64,000 nt of DNA from Amoebophrya sp. A120 (Eukaryota; Protista; Dinoflagellata). A program made the position numbers and the translations under genes. The number at the start of each line of letters is the position of its first letter. The stretch's first letter is position 1. The stretch is from NCBI GenBank assembly GCA_905178155.1, contig CAJINV010000005.1, positions 9,093,346-9,157,345 on the forward strand, given 5' to 3'. Positions 11,060 to 22,803 of this stretch are shown here, piece after piece. The notes under the pieces were generated by a model. It worked only from the letters and a program-made list of their open reading frames with translations. It had not been told where the DNA came from and ran no database searches.

Positions 11060-14000
11060 ATGTCCTCGGCACATCAAAATACGAACAACTCCGCCGCAAG
11101 CGGCCCCTTTCTGCGCGTGGCGCACGCTCGGAGTAGCATTGGCAGCTTTTCAACAGGCAATAGTACAGGTTCTGCGTCCTTTCGACGTACGTCGAATGGG
11201 GGCAATGGAAATACTAGGAGGACAGGGGTTGCTGCGTCTTCGTCAACCTACGGCAGAAGTAAACAGCCGAGTCGGAGCGCCGCTGCAAGTCGGGGTAGTG
11301 CAAGCGGTTCTGGAGCTGGGTCTACTTTTTTGCCGCAGGATAACACCCCTCACCGCCCGCTGCTTTCCGAGGATATCTACATGTACGAGGGCAGCCACGC
11401 CGCGAGCGCAGCGGGGGAAATTGTAAGCGCTCCCAACAACAACACTCCGAGCGAGGTCGGCCAGACCACGGGTGGCGAAGCGATTTCCCCAATCCGCGAC
11501 TACGATGTGGTGATTGGGCGGAACAACTTATGCCTTGGACGGTCGTTAACATACAGAAGGGTGAATTTGCAGTGAATTTGTATTGCATGACTTGCATTTA
11601 TTGCTTTAAAAGAGAAGTACGCAGCGCAAAGGGCTGGACACGAGCCCAAGCAGCCCACGCAGCGTGAAGGGCTGCTCGTCGCCCGCTGGCACTTGCAGCA
11701 CCGAAAGAAGTGGTCTTGCGGGGGTCCGCCGGACTGTGTAGTGCATATGTAACCAAGCCCCAAAACCCGGAGTTTCTCGTGCGGTAGCGAATTTTGAATA
11801 GGCACCTTGGGCCAGAATTCACCCACGGCTTTTTCAAAATTCACCCCAAAATTCACCGAGCCCCGTTTTTCGATCGTGATAAGCAAACTTTAGAGCAGAA
11901 AAGTGCCCAAAAAAGTGCACAGGTGGGCCCTGGGAAGTGGGGCCGAGGGGAAGAGACAGGCGCCCTCTGCTGCACTCAGCCCGTCTATACTCTGCCGAAA
12001 AGGCCTGGCGAGTTCACGCGCCTGCCGGATAGACGCGTCAAAGCTCTCTGTCTGGTCCTTTCGCCCTTGTTTTCTCGCCTTCTTGCCTAATTTGCATGCG
12101 CTTGCTCGCAGCCTTTCTTTTTGGCGTCTTTGCCGCGGCTGCTGCAGTGCTCTGATGCAAGCACAGGGAGGCGCATAGACATGGCCAAAGAACGGCACCC
12201 AGGCCATGTCTAGAAGAAGCTAGCTGCCCGCCGCATAAGCCTTGGCAACTTCTGCGGTGTGCAGAACCCACTTCCCAGAAGGGCAAAAGGGACAATGTCC
12301 CGGCGGACTCATCTGCATTTTGTCATGCAAAAATCACTACAGATTCACCACTTCTCATGCTAACGGGTGTTAAAGCTCTAGCCAACAACACCCAGAGTGG
12401 TGGCGAAGCGATTTCCCCAATCCGCGACTACGATGTGGTCATTGGGCGGAACAGCAGTAGTGGGTTAAGCGGAGCGGGAACTGTTACCGGTACGACAACC
12501 GGTGCTCGTACTTCCTCCGGTAGTAAAGGAGAGCTACCAGTCCGCAATTCTCTCAAACGGCAGTACACCGGTGCACTGGCGGAACCTCTGCTGTCCGAAG
12601 AAGAGAAGCAACTGGCGAAGTTTGTGGTCGAAAACGAGCTGCCGGTTGGGGATCTTCATGCGGGAGATGATAACACGCCGCAAGTCGTGGATCACCACGG
12701 TGATGATCACAAAACCGGCGCTAAACACCTCTTCCACTACAATTCTTACCGGCTCCACAAAAAATCGTTTCAAAGGTTAAAGAACTCCCTGAACACCGGC
12801 GGTGTGCAGCAACACCACCAGCGGAAGTACTGGTTATGAACTGCAAAAGTATCGTACTCGTATAAATGCATTACAAATTTCCTCAGCGTGAGAAATAAAA
12901 TCTGTAATGCGGATTTACTTTCAAAGAAAGATTTGTAATGCATGACTGCAGTACGAGTGCGATGCTTTTGCATTTCATACTGGTGTCGGCGAAACAAATA
13001 CGAGTTTGTGGCGTTTTTGGACAGCTTTGAGGTCTTGGTCGCGGCAACCTGCTACATGTTATTCTGTCTCATGCTCGGGACCTTTCACTACTACTTCTCC
13101 ATGAGCACCGCGAAGGTTTACACTGATGTAGACCTGCATCATAACGTCTACGAGGACGACCTCATTTCCTCCCACCGCAACATTTGGATCGACGGCATGT
13201 ACTGGGCGGTGGTGACGTTTACCACCGTGGGGTACGGTGATGTCATCCCCGGCAGCCCGCACGACAAGCAGAATCCGCAGCATTTGTGCAGCCCTGACAA
13301 TGCGTCGTACTGCCATATCGACGAAACCATGCTGATTGTGCTGATTTGGTACATGGTGGTGTCTAACATCCTGATCGTCGCTATCTTGGGGAATTACATG
13401 GTGAACGCAACGCGGCAGTCGTCGGCTGTCCGCACGGGGATTTACCGGGTCACACTGGTGGTCGTTTACTATGCATTTTGCAAAAGTTGTTGTACTATCG
13501 TATGATCATCGCATGACATTTGCAATAGGAAAATAGAAGAACTTGTCATGCAGTGATTCAGTGGGAGAAACTGAAACAGTGTCTGTCATGCTATCTCTGC
13601 GACCACACTCCGTAATATTACAACTTTTGCCAAGCATACCATTCTCATCGTCGGCATGTTTGGGTTTCACGTCACGGACGGGCGGTCAAGCGCGCACGAG
13701 ATGTTCTATTTCGTTTCGGTCACCTCCACCACCGTTGGCTACGGCGACTTTGTGCCCGACGGAAACGATGGGAAGCTGTTCGCGATTTACGCAACGCAAA
13801 AGTATCGTACCAGTTGGTAATTATCGCATTACAAATTTTTTTAGAATCAGAAATGGAACTTGTCATGCGGAAACGAGTCGCAACAGCGCATCTGTCATGC
13901 AAGATTGCGATTACCACGACCACGATACAACTTTTGCACAGGATACGATTGTGTACATCACGATGTCAACGATCGTCGTAGCTTCCTCCATCGCGGGACT

Positions 14001-15361
14001 GATGGACTTGTTCGTGGAGTTGAGAAACGAAAGGTCGGTCCGAAGATTTTTACTTGACGGAGATATCAAGCGAGAATTACTGCGGCAGGCACAGCTGGAA
14101 ACGGGGGAAACGGTCATCACGGAAGCTGAGTACATTTACTTCATGCTCACGCAGGTGAACCTGTGTACCCCGGCGACGGTGACGGCGTTTATCGTGAGGA
14201 AAAATCCCCCTTCCCCATACTGAAAAAGGATACTTCTGAAAATATGTGATGCTGATTTGTGACCACAAATTGTCTCTGTGTTGCTGGAAGGCAAATCCAG
14301 AGACTCCGCTGCGTTTTGCAGGCAATCTGTAATGCTGTGTGGCCTACAGAGGACGCGCCTGCCTTGTTGGGCACCTACACCAAAACGCCCCTGCTCCGGC
14401 TTTGTATCTGCCTGCAGTTCTCTACTGCAAGACAAATCCGACTTGCGTACACAAATCCCGCATCGCAGATTTCCACTTTGATATGGGGAGGGGGGATCTT
14501 TCATTTTGATAGCGTTGCGGCTTTCCTTTGAGATGGTCGCGGAGGAGGAACTGGAGGAAGAATTAGAACAAGCGGGTGATCATGAACCACAGCACAACCT
14601 CACCGGCAACGTCGATCTAGCGAAGCTGGAACACCTCGCAGCGAGACAGCTGCCGGAGGGGAGTGTGTACGATGAAGATGGCAGCAGTAGTGTCGCTAGA
14701 GCGACTATCGCAAGAAAAAACTGTCTCAGTCTTAAATCTTTGCAGAGCCAGCAATACAAATTTGCGAAGCAAGAAACAAAAAATCTCTGATGCGTTCAAA
14801 CAGCAATGGAAAACACCTCCTATGAAGTGCGACTTTCTTCCATCTCCGGCATGACAAAAAACTGTTTCAAGGAAGTTGCGCATTACAAGTTGAGACTGAG
14901 ACTGTTTTTTCTCACGATAGAGACCGATCAGGCAGGTGGAAGCCGCTTCTCGTCCAAGGTGAGCGAATACCAAGGCTTGCTAAGTATCAAATGCAAATAT
15001 GTCTGGGTCTGGAACATTCTAAACTTGTGATGCTGTCTCTGCATTCTGAAAAAAATTGTATTGCATGACCAGCAAGAGGACTCTAGTTTGTGCTACGCGG
15101 AGCGGGCATTTCTCATGCTGTAGAGGTATCACAAAGCGCTCTAAAAATCTGTGATGCTACGGCATGCCTCACGGACATCATGGGTCATGAAAAATATGCA
15201 TGACAAATCTAGAAATCTTCCAGACCCAGACACTTTTGCATTTCATATTAAGGGGGAATAGTACTACGAGTGCGGCCGGCGTGGTTACGGTCGACTTGCA
15301 GGCGGGTGGCGCAGATGATCAGGCGGAAGAGGAGGTGGACGAGGGGAAATACTTGCTGTGA
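11060..15361 (+). CDS. Two-pore-domain (TPK/K2P-like) potassium channel, multi-exon
   Basis: Two pore signatures, YWAVVTFTTVGYGDV (~13200) and YFVSVTSTTVGYGDF (~13710), followed by GKLFAIVY and ITEAEYIYFML. The 5' exon junction across 11529-12380 is uncertain. Confidence 0.8.
11529..12380. mobile_element. Long element with ~60-bp imperfect TIR in the K-channel 5' region
   Basis: Left cgttaacatacagaagggtgaatttgcagtga..ttgcatgac versus reverse complement of right end cgttagcatgagaagtggtgaatctgtagtga..ttgcatgac. Junction unresolved. Confidence 0.55.
12835..12979. mobile_element. Introner family D (TIR ~TATGNANTGCAAAAGTATCGTACTCGTA)
   Basis: TSD ctggt/ctggt. Confidence 0.9.
13470..13638. mobile_element. 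Family-D-like introner with fully diverged TSD
   Basis: TIR tatgcattttgcaaaagttgt / acaacttttgccaagcata; flanks tttac vs ccatt. Confidence 0.6.
13788..13945. mobile_element. Introner family D
   Basis: TSD cgatt/cgatt; removal restores GKLFAIVY. Confidence 0.88.
14190..14511. mobile_element. Introner family A
   Basis: TSD gcgtt/gcgtt. Confidence 0.9.
14706..14919. mobile_element. Introner, TAT..AGAAAAAA group
   Basis: TIR tatcgcaagaaaaaactgtctcagtct; TSD gcgac/gagac. Confidence 0.85.
14985..15247. mobile_element. Introner family C
   Basis: TSD ctaag/ttaag. Confidence 0.88.
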
Positions 15362-16553
15362 TGAAAACGGTCGGGTTAGTACTGGAAAACCTTTATTTTT
15401 CGTCATCGCTGGCGGGGTGGTTTTTTTGCACTAAGAGGTACTATCACTAGAGATGTTCGGGTTAGCAAACTTGATTTGTTTTGAGTTGTTTCTACCATTG
15501 GTATTCAAACAAGCTATCAGTTTCAGGCTTGTAGTTCCGTTTTTCGTTCAAAACAGTTGCAGAATTTTTTTTTCTTATTTAGCAAGAAAGTCAAATAGCC
15601 ATAGAAATATGCACGCTACAACTATGTTTCTCCTCTTTTGTTGCTTATGGTTTGGAAAATTAGCTTTTCGAATTTGGATAATCTAGCTCCGCACAGAAAT
15701 TTGTAAAATTAACGTTGAAAAGTAGGTACGTAAGTACACTTTGGAGATGAGAATGCTGTACACCATGGAACCGAGAATTTTTTGCACTCCGACTTGATTC
15801 TGTATCTGTAGATAGCTGTTGAATCATTCATAGTTGAATCCAGAAGGTCTTCGCTCGATATGAAAAACTCTCGATCAGCAGGGGGATCATCAGGCACGGT
15901 TCCTAGAAACGAAAATTGTTTCTCTGGTCCTTGAAGATGTGGAGAGTGCATCACTTTAGTAAAAACACGACTCAACATCAAAGATCACGCAAAAAGCCAA
16001 CTACATAATGATCCACCACTCGGTAGTGCGCTCAAGAATATGAACATCAACGGGAGTCACAAAACGAGATCAACCGCTCCTTCTCGAAAGCAAAGATCAA
16101 AAAAGATCGAAAATGAATAGCACGCTCATCGGAAAAACAATTTCAATTACGAGGGTATGTGCGAAATTCGCCGACGGCGAAAGGGCCAGCTTTTGCAGCC
16201 TTCACGCAAAGTAGCAGAAATTAGTTTGTGCCAACACAATCACTCCCGATGTCTTGCCATCTTAACAGAGGAACTGGCTGGTTACGGATGGAAAAAAAAT
16301 GTCTGCTTGAAGATATTATACTAGGGAGAACTAGTACGTATGAAATAGTTTACTGCTTGAAACAACAGACGGCCTGATAGTGCAACAACACATTCAACAC
16401 GACCAGAACGGCGGTTGAAGAAGAGAAACCGCGCTTGCGGTTCTTGCAGAAGTTTCAACTAGTCTGTATTTAAAAGTTCTCTTGCAAATTGCAATTGTTA
16501 CATCACAAGATTCTTGTTTCTATACCAAATAAAAGCCCCACAACTACCACAAA

Positions 16554-18521
16554 ATGCCGCAAAACGAGTACATCGAGGAGCACCAGCGCCGGTTCGGTAA
16601 GCGCCTGGACCATATGGATTGCAAAAATGTCTGTGTCTGGAAGAATGGAACTTGTCATGCTGTCTGCGGATTCTAAAAGTATCTGTGTTGCATGAGCAGC
16701 AAGAGGAGTCAGTCTGTGGCACGTCGCGGAGAGGGCATAATTTCTCATGCGTAATTAGCATCAAGAAGCTCTCAAAAAATCTGTTGTGCTACTAGCACCA
16801 GCATCACAGACCTCATTGGTGATGCGAAATGTGCATGACAAGCCCCGACTCTTCCAGACCCAGACACTTTTGCATTTGATAGACCATGAGGAGCGAAAGC
16901 GGAAGAAGCAGGCCAGGGAAGTGAAGAAGAATGCCAAACTCGCGAAAAAATTGACCGGGATCTATCCTATGTAAAAACGTCCCCACCCCAGAGTCAAGAT
17001 GGGGATTTTGCAGCACAAACCTTGAAGTTTTGGGAACCACGCATGACAAATTGCAGGCTGTAGCGTAGTGCAGTTTAGCAAGGGAAGCCGCATAACAAAT
17101 CGATATCCTTAGGCTGTTTACAGCATTACAAGTTCCAAAACACAATTGATAATGCCCCGCATGGGATCGCGCATTACAAACGCTCTTGTGCTTGCAGATC
17201 TGCATCACAACTCTGGGGTGGGGACGTTTTTACTCAGGATAGGATCAAGGCAAAAATCTTCCACAAGAAGCGGTACACCGAGAAGGCACAGATGAAAAAG
17301 ACTTTGAAAGTATCACAAGGAAAAATCCCCCTTCCCCATATCAAAACGGAATCTCTCATGCTGGATTTCCATACACAAATCAGATTTGTCTTGCAGTAGA
17401 GGAATGCAGGCATATGCCCAGCCTCAGTCGAGAGGTTTTGACGTAGGCGCCTAGCATGACAAACGTGTATGCTCTAAGCCAAACAGCATCACAAACCGCC
17501 TGCAAAATGCGGAACGCTTTCTGGACTTGCCTTCTTGCAAGACAGACAGGATTTGAGGTCGCAAATGCGCATCACAAATTATCAGACGGATACGCTTTCG
17601 ATATGGGGAGGGGGGATTTTTCCTTTGGATAGAAAGCGCACGAGGAGAAGGATGCCGATAAGAAACCAGATGAGGACAACGTGCCCAAGGGGGCAATACC
17701 AAGTTACTTGCTGGACAGGGAACAGCAGGCGCGAACGAAGGTTTTGAGTAACATGATCAAACAAAAGAGGAAGGAGAAAGCCGGGAAGTGGCAAGTGCCA
17801 GTGCCGAAGGTATAGGATTTTTTTTGTCATGCGAAGTGGAGATTTAAACAGCTGTTTCTGATGCAGATTTTGGCATTGACAATCAACACATGCGTGATCA
17901 TGATGTTTCGCAATTCTCTTCAGGTGAAAGCAATGACAGAGGACGAAATGTTCAAAATTATGCGAACGGGTAAGAGGAAGAAGAAAGCGTGGAAGCGCGT
18001 GGTCAACAAGGTCTGCTTCGTCGGGGAAAATTTTACGAGGAAAAACCCAAAATTTGAAAGGTATGGAAAGATTGTGCTAATGTGAGTTTTCATTTTGTAA
18101 TGGTGATTTTTGCATCAGGATGTCGATTTTTTTTTTACACAAAATGGAATTATACTTTTCGACGCCCGTCGGCGAACATGGTCCGCTTGTTATGCGCAAC
18201 ACAAATTATAGATGTCTCAAACGACGCAATGAATAATACTACAGGTTTATCCGCCCCTCGTCCCTGCGATTCAAGAAGGCGCACGTGACGCACCCGGAAC
18301 TGAAAACGACGTTTCATCTGGATATTGTCGGCGTGAAGAAGAACCCGCAGTCCGGGCTGTACACCTCATTAGGCGTGATTACGAAGGGTACGGTATTGGA
18401 GGTCAACGTGTCGGAGCTGGGGCTGGTCACGCAGACGGGAAAGGTCGTGTGGGCGAAGTACGCACAGGTGACAAATAACCCGGAAATGGACGGCTGCATC
18501 AACGCGGTCCTGCTGGTGTAA
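16554..18521 (+). CDS. NSA2: Ribosome biogenesis protein NSA2
   Basis: [20 protein letters not shown]|EERKRKK...GI|KAK...LK|AHEE...[23 protein letters not shown]. Three TIR introners plus two GT-AG introns (17810-17923, 18061-18244). Confidence 0.97.
16613..16881. mobile_element. Introner family C (NSA2 intron 1)
   Basis: TSD gacca/gacca; removal restores LDHEE. Confidence 0.95.
16963..17241. mobile_element. Introner family B (TIR TATCCTNNGTAAAAACGTCCCCACCCCAGAG; NSA2 intron 2)
   Basis: TSD ggatc/ggatc; removal restores TGIKAK. Confidence 0.95.
17311..17631. mobile_element. Introner family A (NSA2 intron 3)
   Basis: TSD gaaag/gaaag; removal restores TLKAHE. Confidence 0.95.
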
Positions 18522-20209
18522 GTGGAGTCATGGGAGTGGAATTGTTTCTTGGCGGTGGAAAGACAAAATTTCTTCACACAGTGGCAAGAAGAGGTTGAAG
18601 AAGTTGTCCACGTGCTCACACTCTTACTACGCTTTAAACGGATGCGAAAAAGCTGTTTGCTCCACTGCGAGTCGCGATTTTTTCTGAATGCGAAAAAGAG
18701 GAAAAGAAGGAAAGCACAATGCTTCGAAAGTTGTGCGCAGTGTTATTCTTTTACGTACTTGGGTGTTCGTGTTCCAGGCGAATTGATAAGGAACGTCGCA
18801 GGGCTTGCGTCGCTGCAGGTTTTTGCTAGCGTTGCACTGATTTCATTGCCCCATTTCTTTGCACAGGGAAGACGGCGGGCCTGCGAAGTGTGCGGAGGGC
18901 GATGGCTGGGACTTCGGCGCCCACTTGGCCGCGATGGAGCGGGAAGTCGCTGCAGAGCGGCCCCCCATGCTGGAGGGCTTGGGCCCTGCCGGGCCCGCTT
19001 CTGGGGATGAGTCTGCTGATGCGGCGGAAGCCAGCCCGGGCGCCGGCCGGCCCCGCGACGGCCCCCGCATTTGGGGAATCTGCGACGGAAGTGGGCACAG
19101 CAGGGCCAGCCCCCCCCCGCGGGCGGCCAGAGCTAACAAGGCGGGCGCCCGGGCCGGCCGCGCTCTTTTTTTGGGCCCTCGCACTTCCGGCGCCCCCGCG
19201 GCTTTTCGCAGCGCCCGCGCATTTCGCCGCCCCCAAGCGCTCGCGCGCCAGGCGCCGCCCGGCCCGCCTGCGCAACTGCGGAACAGGCCGAAGCGCGCAT
19301 CTGCCCGGCCGGAGTGTGCCAGTGCTGACCGGGCCGCGCACACGGGCAGAGCTGTTTTCGGTCACGAGGACGAACCAGCCAAACGGACTGCGCCCCGTGC
19401 CGCCGGGCTCTGAAGTAGCGGCAGCAGCCGCGGCGGTCCGCGCCCCCCGCCTCGGCGAAGGCGCGGGCCCTTGGTAGTTTCAGGGGCGGCGCGCCCCGGG
19501 GCCCGCCCAAGCGCGCGCGCGGCGCCTGCCGCTGGCGCGGGCGCCCCCTGTTGCGGCCCTAATGTCTTCGGCAATGTAGCGCGCGCGCGCCCCGCCGGCC
19601 CGAGGACCCGTGCCAAGCAAATTCCGGCCCTTAGTTGAGGCCCCGCTGCCGTCACTTCGGGCGTGCCCGAGGCCCCCCGCGCGGCCGCGGCGATCGGCCG
19701 CGGCCTTCTGTCCACGCGCCGCGCCGCGCTTTTTGGCGCGCCGCAGCTGCGGCCGCTATTTGTACTCACTCTAGAGCGAGAAAGGGGTCCTGCGCTACTA
19801 CCTGACTGCCCTGTATTCCCACCAGCTCGCCCTCCGAGCTGGACGCCTGAGCGACGCAACGAACGCCCTGGCATTCCACCCTGTTCTACAACTTCCGTCC
19901 AAATATTCATTTATTGGCTGGGGAGTAGTGCTACTGTTTCACAGCAACTGAGAGTCGAGAGTGAGTCATTTACTACGCTGCCGTGGCTTGTTTTTCTTGT
20001 TCGGCGGCACCATCGTGGTGGCGCGCACTTCATCTTGTCGGTGGGTAAAAGAACGTTTCTGAGTTCTGTCCTTTCTGAGTTCTGTCCTCCTGCGTGCTAA
20101 TAAATTCAAGTAGAAGTACGACAGCAGTCGCATGTAAGTATCTATCATGTAGTCCGTCATCCACCTCTCACGCGGATCGCTGCGTAAATAAAAAGTCAAC
20201 TCAAAAAAA

Positions 20210-21785
20210 ATGTTCGCCTTTACCGTTTTCTCCCGCTCTCTGAACGAGCGTGACGCGCGGGAGGCCTCGACGGATACGACGCACGCCACGCTGGAGTCCG
20301 AGTTATCCTCAGTGAAAACGCCCCCACGACCCTAGCCTCAAGATCCGCTTTTTGCTACACAGACCAAGAAGCTTTGGCTGTTGCGCATGACAAGGTTCGG
20401 CCTCTGGTGTGGTTGCGTTTGGCTAGTGAAGCCACATCACAAATCTGACTTCTTATGCTGATTAGAGCATTCCAAAGTTGTCCCAGACAGCATGAGAAAA
20501 CGCTCATCATGGGGCTGTGCATGACACACAATCTCGGTATGCAATTTTGCATGACAGAGCCTCTGGCTCTGGGATGGGGACGCTTTTGTTCCGGATACGA
20601 GCACGATAGAGTGTACAATCCGCAGTTCGCGGCGGCGCCGGATGACCGAGGGCACGGCTTCGACTCGCAGAAAGTGCAGCGGTTGCCGTATTGAATTTAT
20701 TTTTTGATGTTTGTGATGCGAAGATTACTAACACCAGTACCAGTAGGACCAAAATATTTGATGCTAGGTCGTTGATTCGAGCTGTAGATCAGTGCGCTCT
20801 ATGGTACATACAGCACGGAAAGTATAAAGCCAAAAATTATAAAACGTCTGTACAACGAATTATACATCACAGTTACTTCGAAGCCCGACAAGGTGTTCTG
20901 TGGGAAAAGCGCGAGCACATGGCGATCAACGATTTGATCGCACGGGAAGTGCAGGTCGAATGCGGGCCGGAGCAGGACGATTTGATCAATTGCCGCATGG
21001 ACCGGACCTGGACCAGCAACAAATGTCGGGAGTACGAGTACATCTGGCGACGGTGCAGCAGTCGGCCGAAGGAGTGGTTGGCGAAGCGGAGGTATGGATT
21101 GCAAAAATGTCTGGGTCTGGAAGAATGCAAGATTTGTGATGCAGGTTTTCCATGACCCATGAGGTCTGGAATGCGAGACCCAGCGTGACAGATTCTTTGA
21201 GGTCTATATCATGCCTTTCCTGCATGAGAAACTCCCTCTCAAATTGGTCAAAAGCGGGCAGCTTTTGGCACTCACGCAACACAGATTGTTGCATCATTTA
21301 GATTTAGCACGACAAGTTCAAATCTTCCAGGGCCAGACATTTTTGCAGTTGATAGGAGACGGGAGTTGGCCGTGCAGCGGATCGAAAACGGGGAGAGCTT
21401 GATGTTTTCCTTATGAAGTGCAAAAATGTTGTCTGGGTCTGGGAACTTGTGATGCTAAAATGTGCATGAGGAAAACACTGCCGAATGCAGTCCGGCATGA
21501 CAACTTCCCAAAACGCTTTCTCATAGGCAATCCGCATCAGAAGCTGCGTTTTTGCATGACAAAAGAGGCTGCGACTTTTGTTGGTTATGCAATACAGATT
21601 TTCTAGGTATGGAAAGCTAGCATTACAAGTTCCAACCTTCCAGACCCAGACACTTTTACAATCCATATTCCTCCTTAATGAGCAACGTGAACAAAATGTT
21701 CGCGGAAAAAGACGCGTTCAGCATGTTTACCGACCACGAATATTTCGACGGGGAAAGGGGGACGGAGTCGTTTAGGAGTTATTAG
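20210..21785 (+). CDS. Twin CX9C protein (Cmc1-like, putative mitochondrial intermembrane space), multi-exon
   Basis: CGPEQDDLINC...CREYEYIWRRC gives two CX9C motifs. Frame is restored across three introners and one GT-AG intron. Confidence 0.55.
20304..20597. mobile_element. Introner family B
   Basis: TSD cgagt/cgagc. Confidence 0.83.
21093..21354. mobile_element. Introner family C
   Basis: TSD ggagg/ggaga. Confidence 0.88.
21412..21667. mobile_element. Introner family C
   Basis: TSD ttcct/ttcct. Confidence 0.88.
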
Positions 21786-22803
21786 GGCGGGGAATGATGT
21801 TTATTTACTCCCTTACTTGGCGGCGCGGTCGAAGATACGGATTGGTAAGACTCCTGCGCCACTTTCGCGAAGCGGCTAATTTAGCGCCGGAGGAGGAGAA
21901 TCCGGTCCGGGATTTTTGCGAGCGGCATATTTTGAATTTTTGACGGACCACTACCAGTCCACTTGAAAAATCCGGTCGGTGTGGATTTGTGGGGACGGGA
22001 TGGTGGGGGTTTCCGACCGCGTGGCGTTTTTGGGAACAGATGTTTCTGTGAAGTAGAACAAGAGCAGAGCAGGATATCATGCTTGTGTAGCAGAAGTTCT
22101 GCAGATTATAGGTGGATCGAAGTAGAAGACACGGCTTCTTCCGCAGTACTACACGACCTGCGGGCAAAAGAGAAACATGGTCTAGTAGGAAAATGTCGTG
22201 TCGAAAATTCGCAGTACTCCTGCGTCACAGGCACGGAGAAGATAGTACCCACCGCAGAATACGACTCACAACTTGCAGCGGTGCATTATTTTGTCCCACC
22301 ATGTCGTGAACTGGTGACACACTAAGGGTCGTTGTTCCTGTATTTTCAGCCTCTCAGCCTGATTGAAAAAGATCCGTTCACTCCTCAAGCGTACTCTCGA
22401 AAACAAAAATTGATGATGATCACGGAAATGTTTTATCAACCCGCACGGCAGTACGCAAAAAAGATCAGAAGCGCCTCCATTTGAGAATTTTCTGCACTGA
22501 AAAATACCACGATCCGCTGCTTTTGAAAGTTTGGTTTTTGGAAATTACAAATGCAGATCTTCAGAAGTACTGCGACAATTTTCCTCGAGATATTTCCTTT
22601 CCAACAACCTGAATGAATTTCACTTTTCTCTACCCACAGGCCGCCGGTTCAAATAGTTATCTAGAGCTGTTCTCTTTTTCTTTACTTCAAAATTTATCCG
22701 CGAAACTCATTCTCTTATTGTTTTTCCTTAGCTGAAAGACAAATAATCGCTAGAAACAACGACAGCTCTCCTGTTTTTCTACAACGACCACAAACCCCTA
22801 AAA

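Noticed and set aside
18826-19910. Many overlapping 120-195 aa ORFs on both strands, with similar sets at 33464-34587, 36146-37106, 41422-42329, 49017-50619 and 53800-55236
   Set aside because: Ala/Arg/Gly/Pro-rich open frames are expected from stop-codon scarcity in very GC-rich DNA; no recognisable domains.
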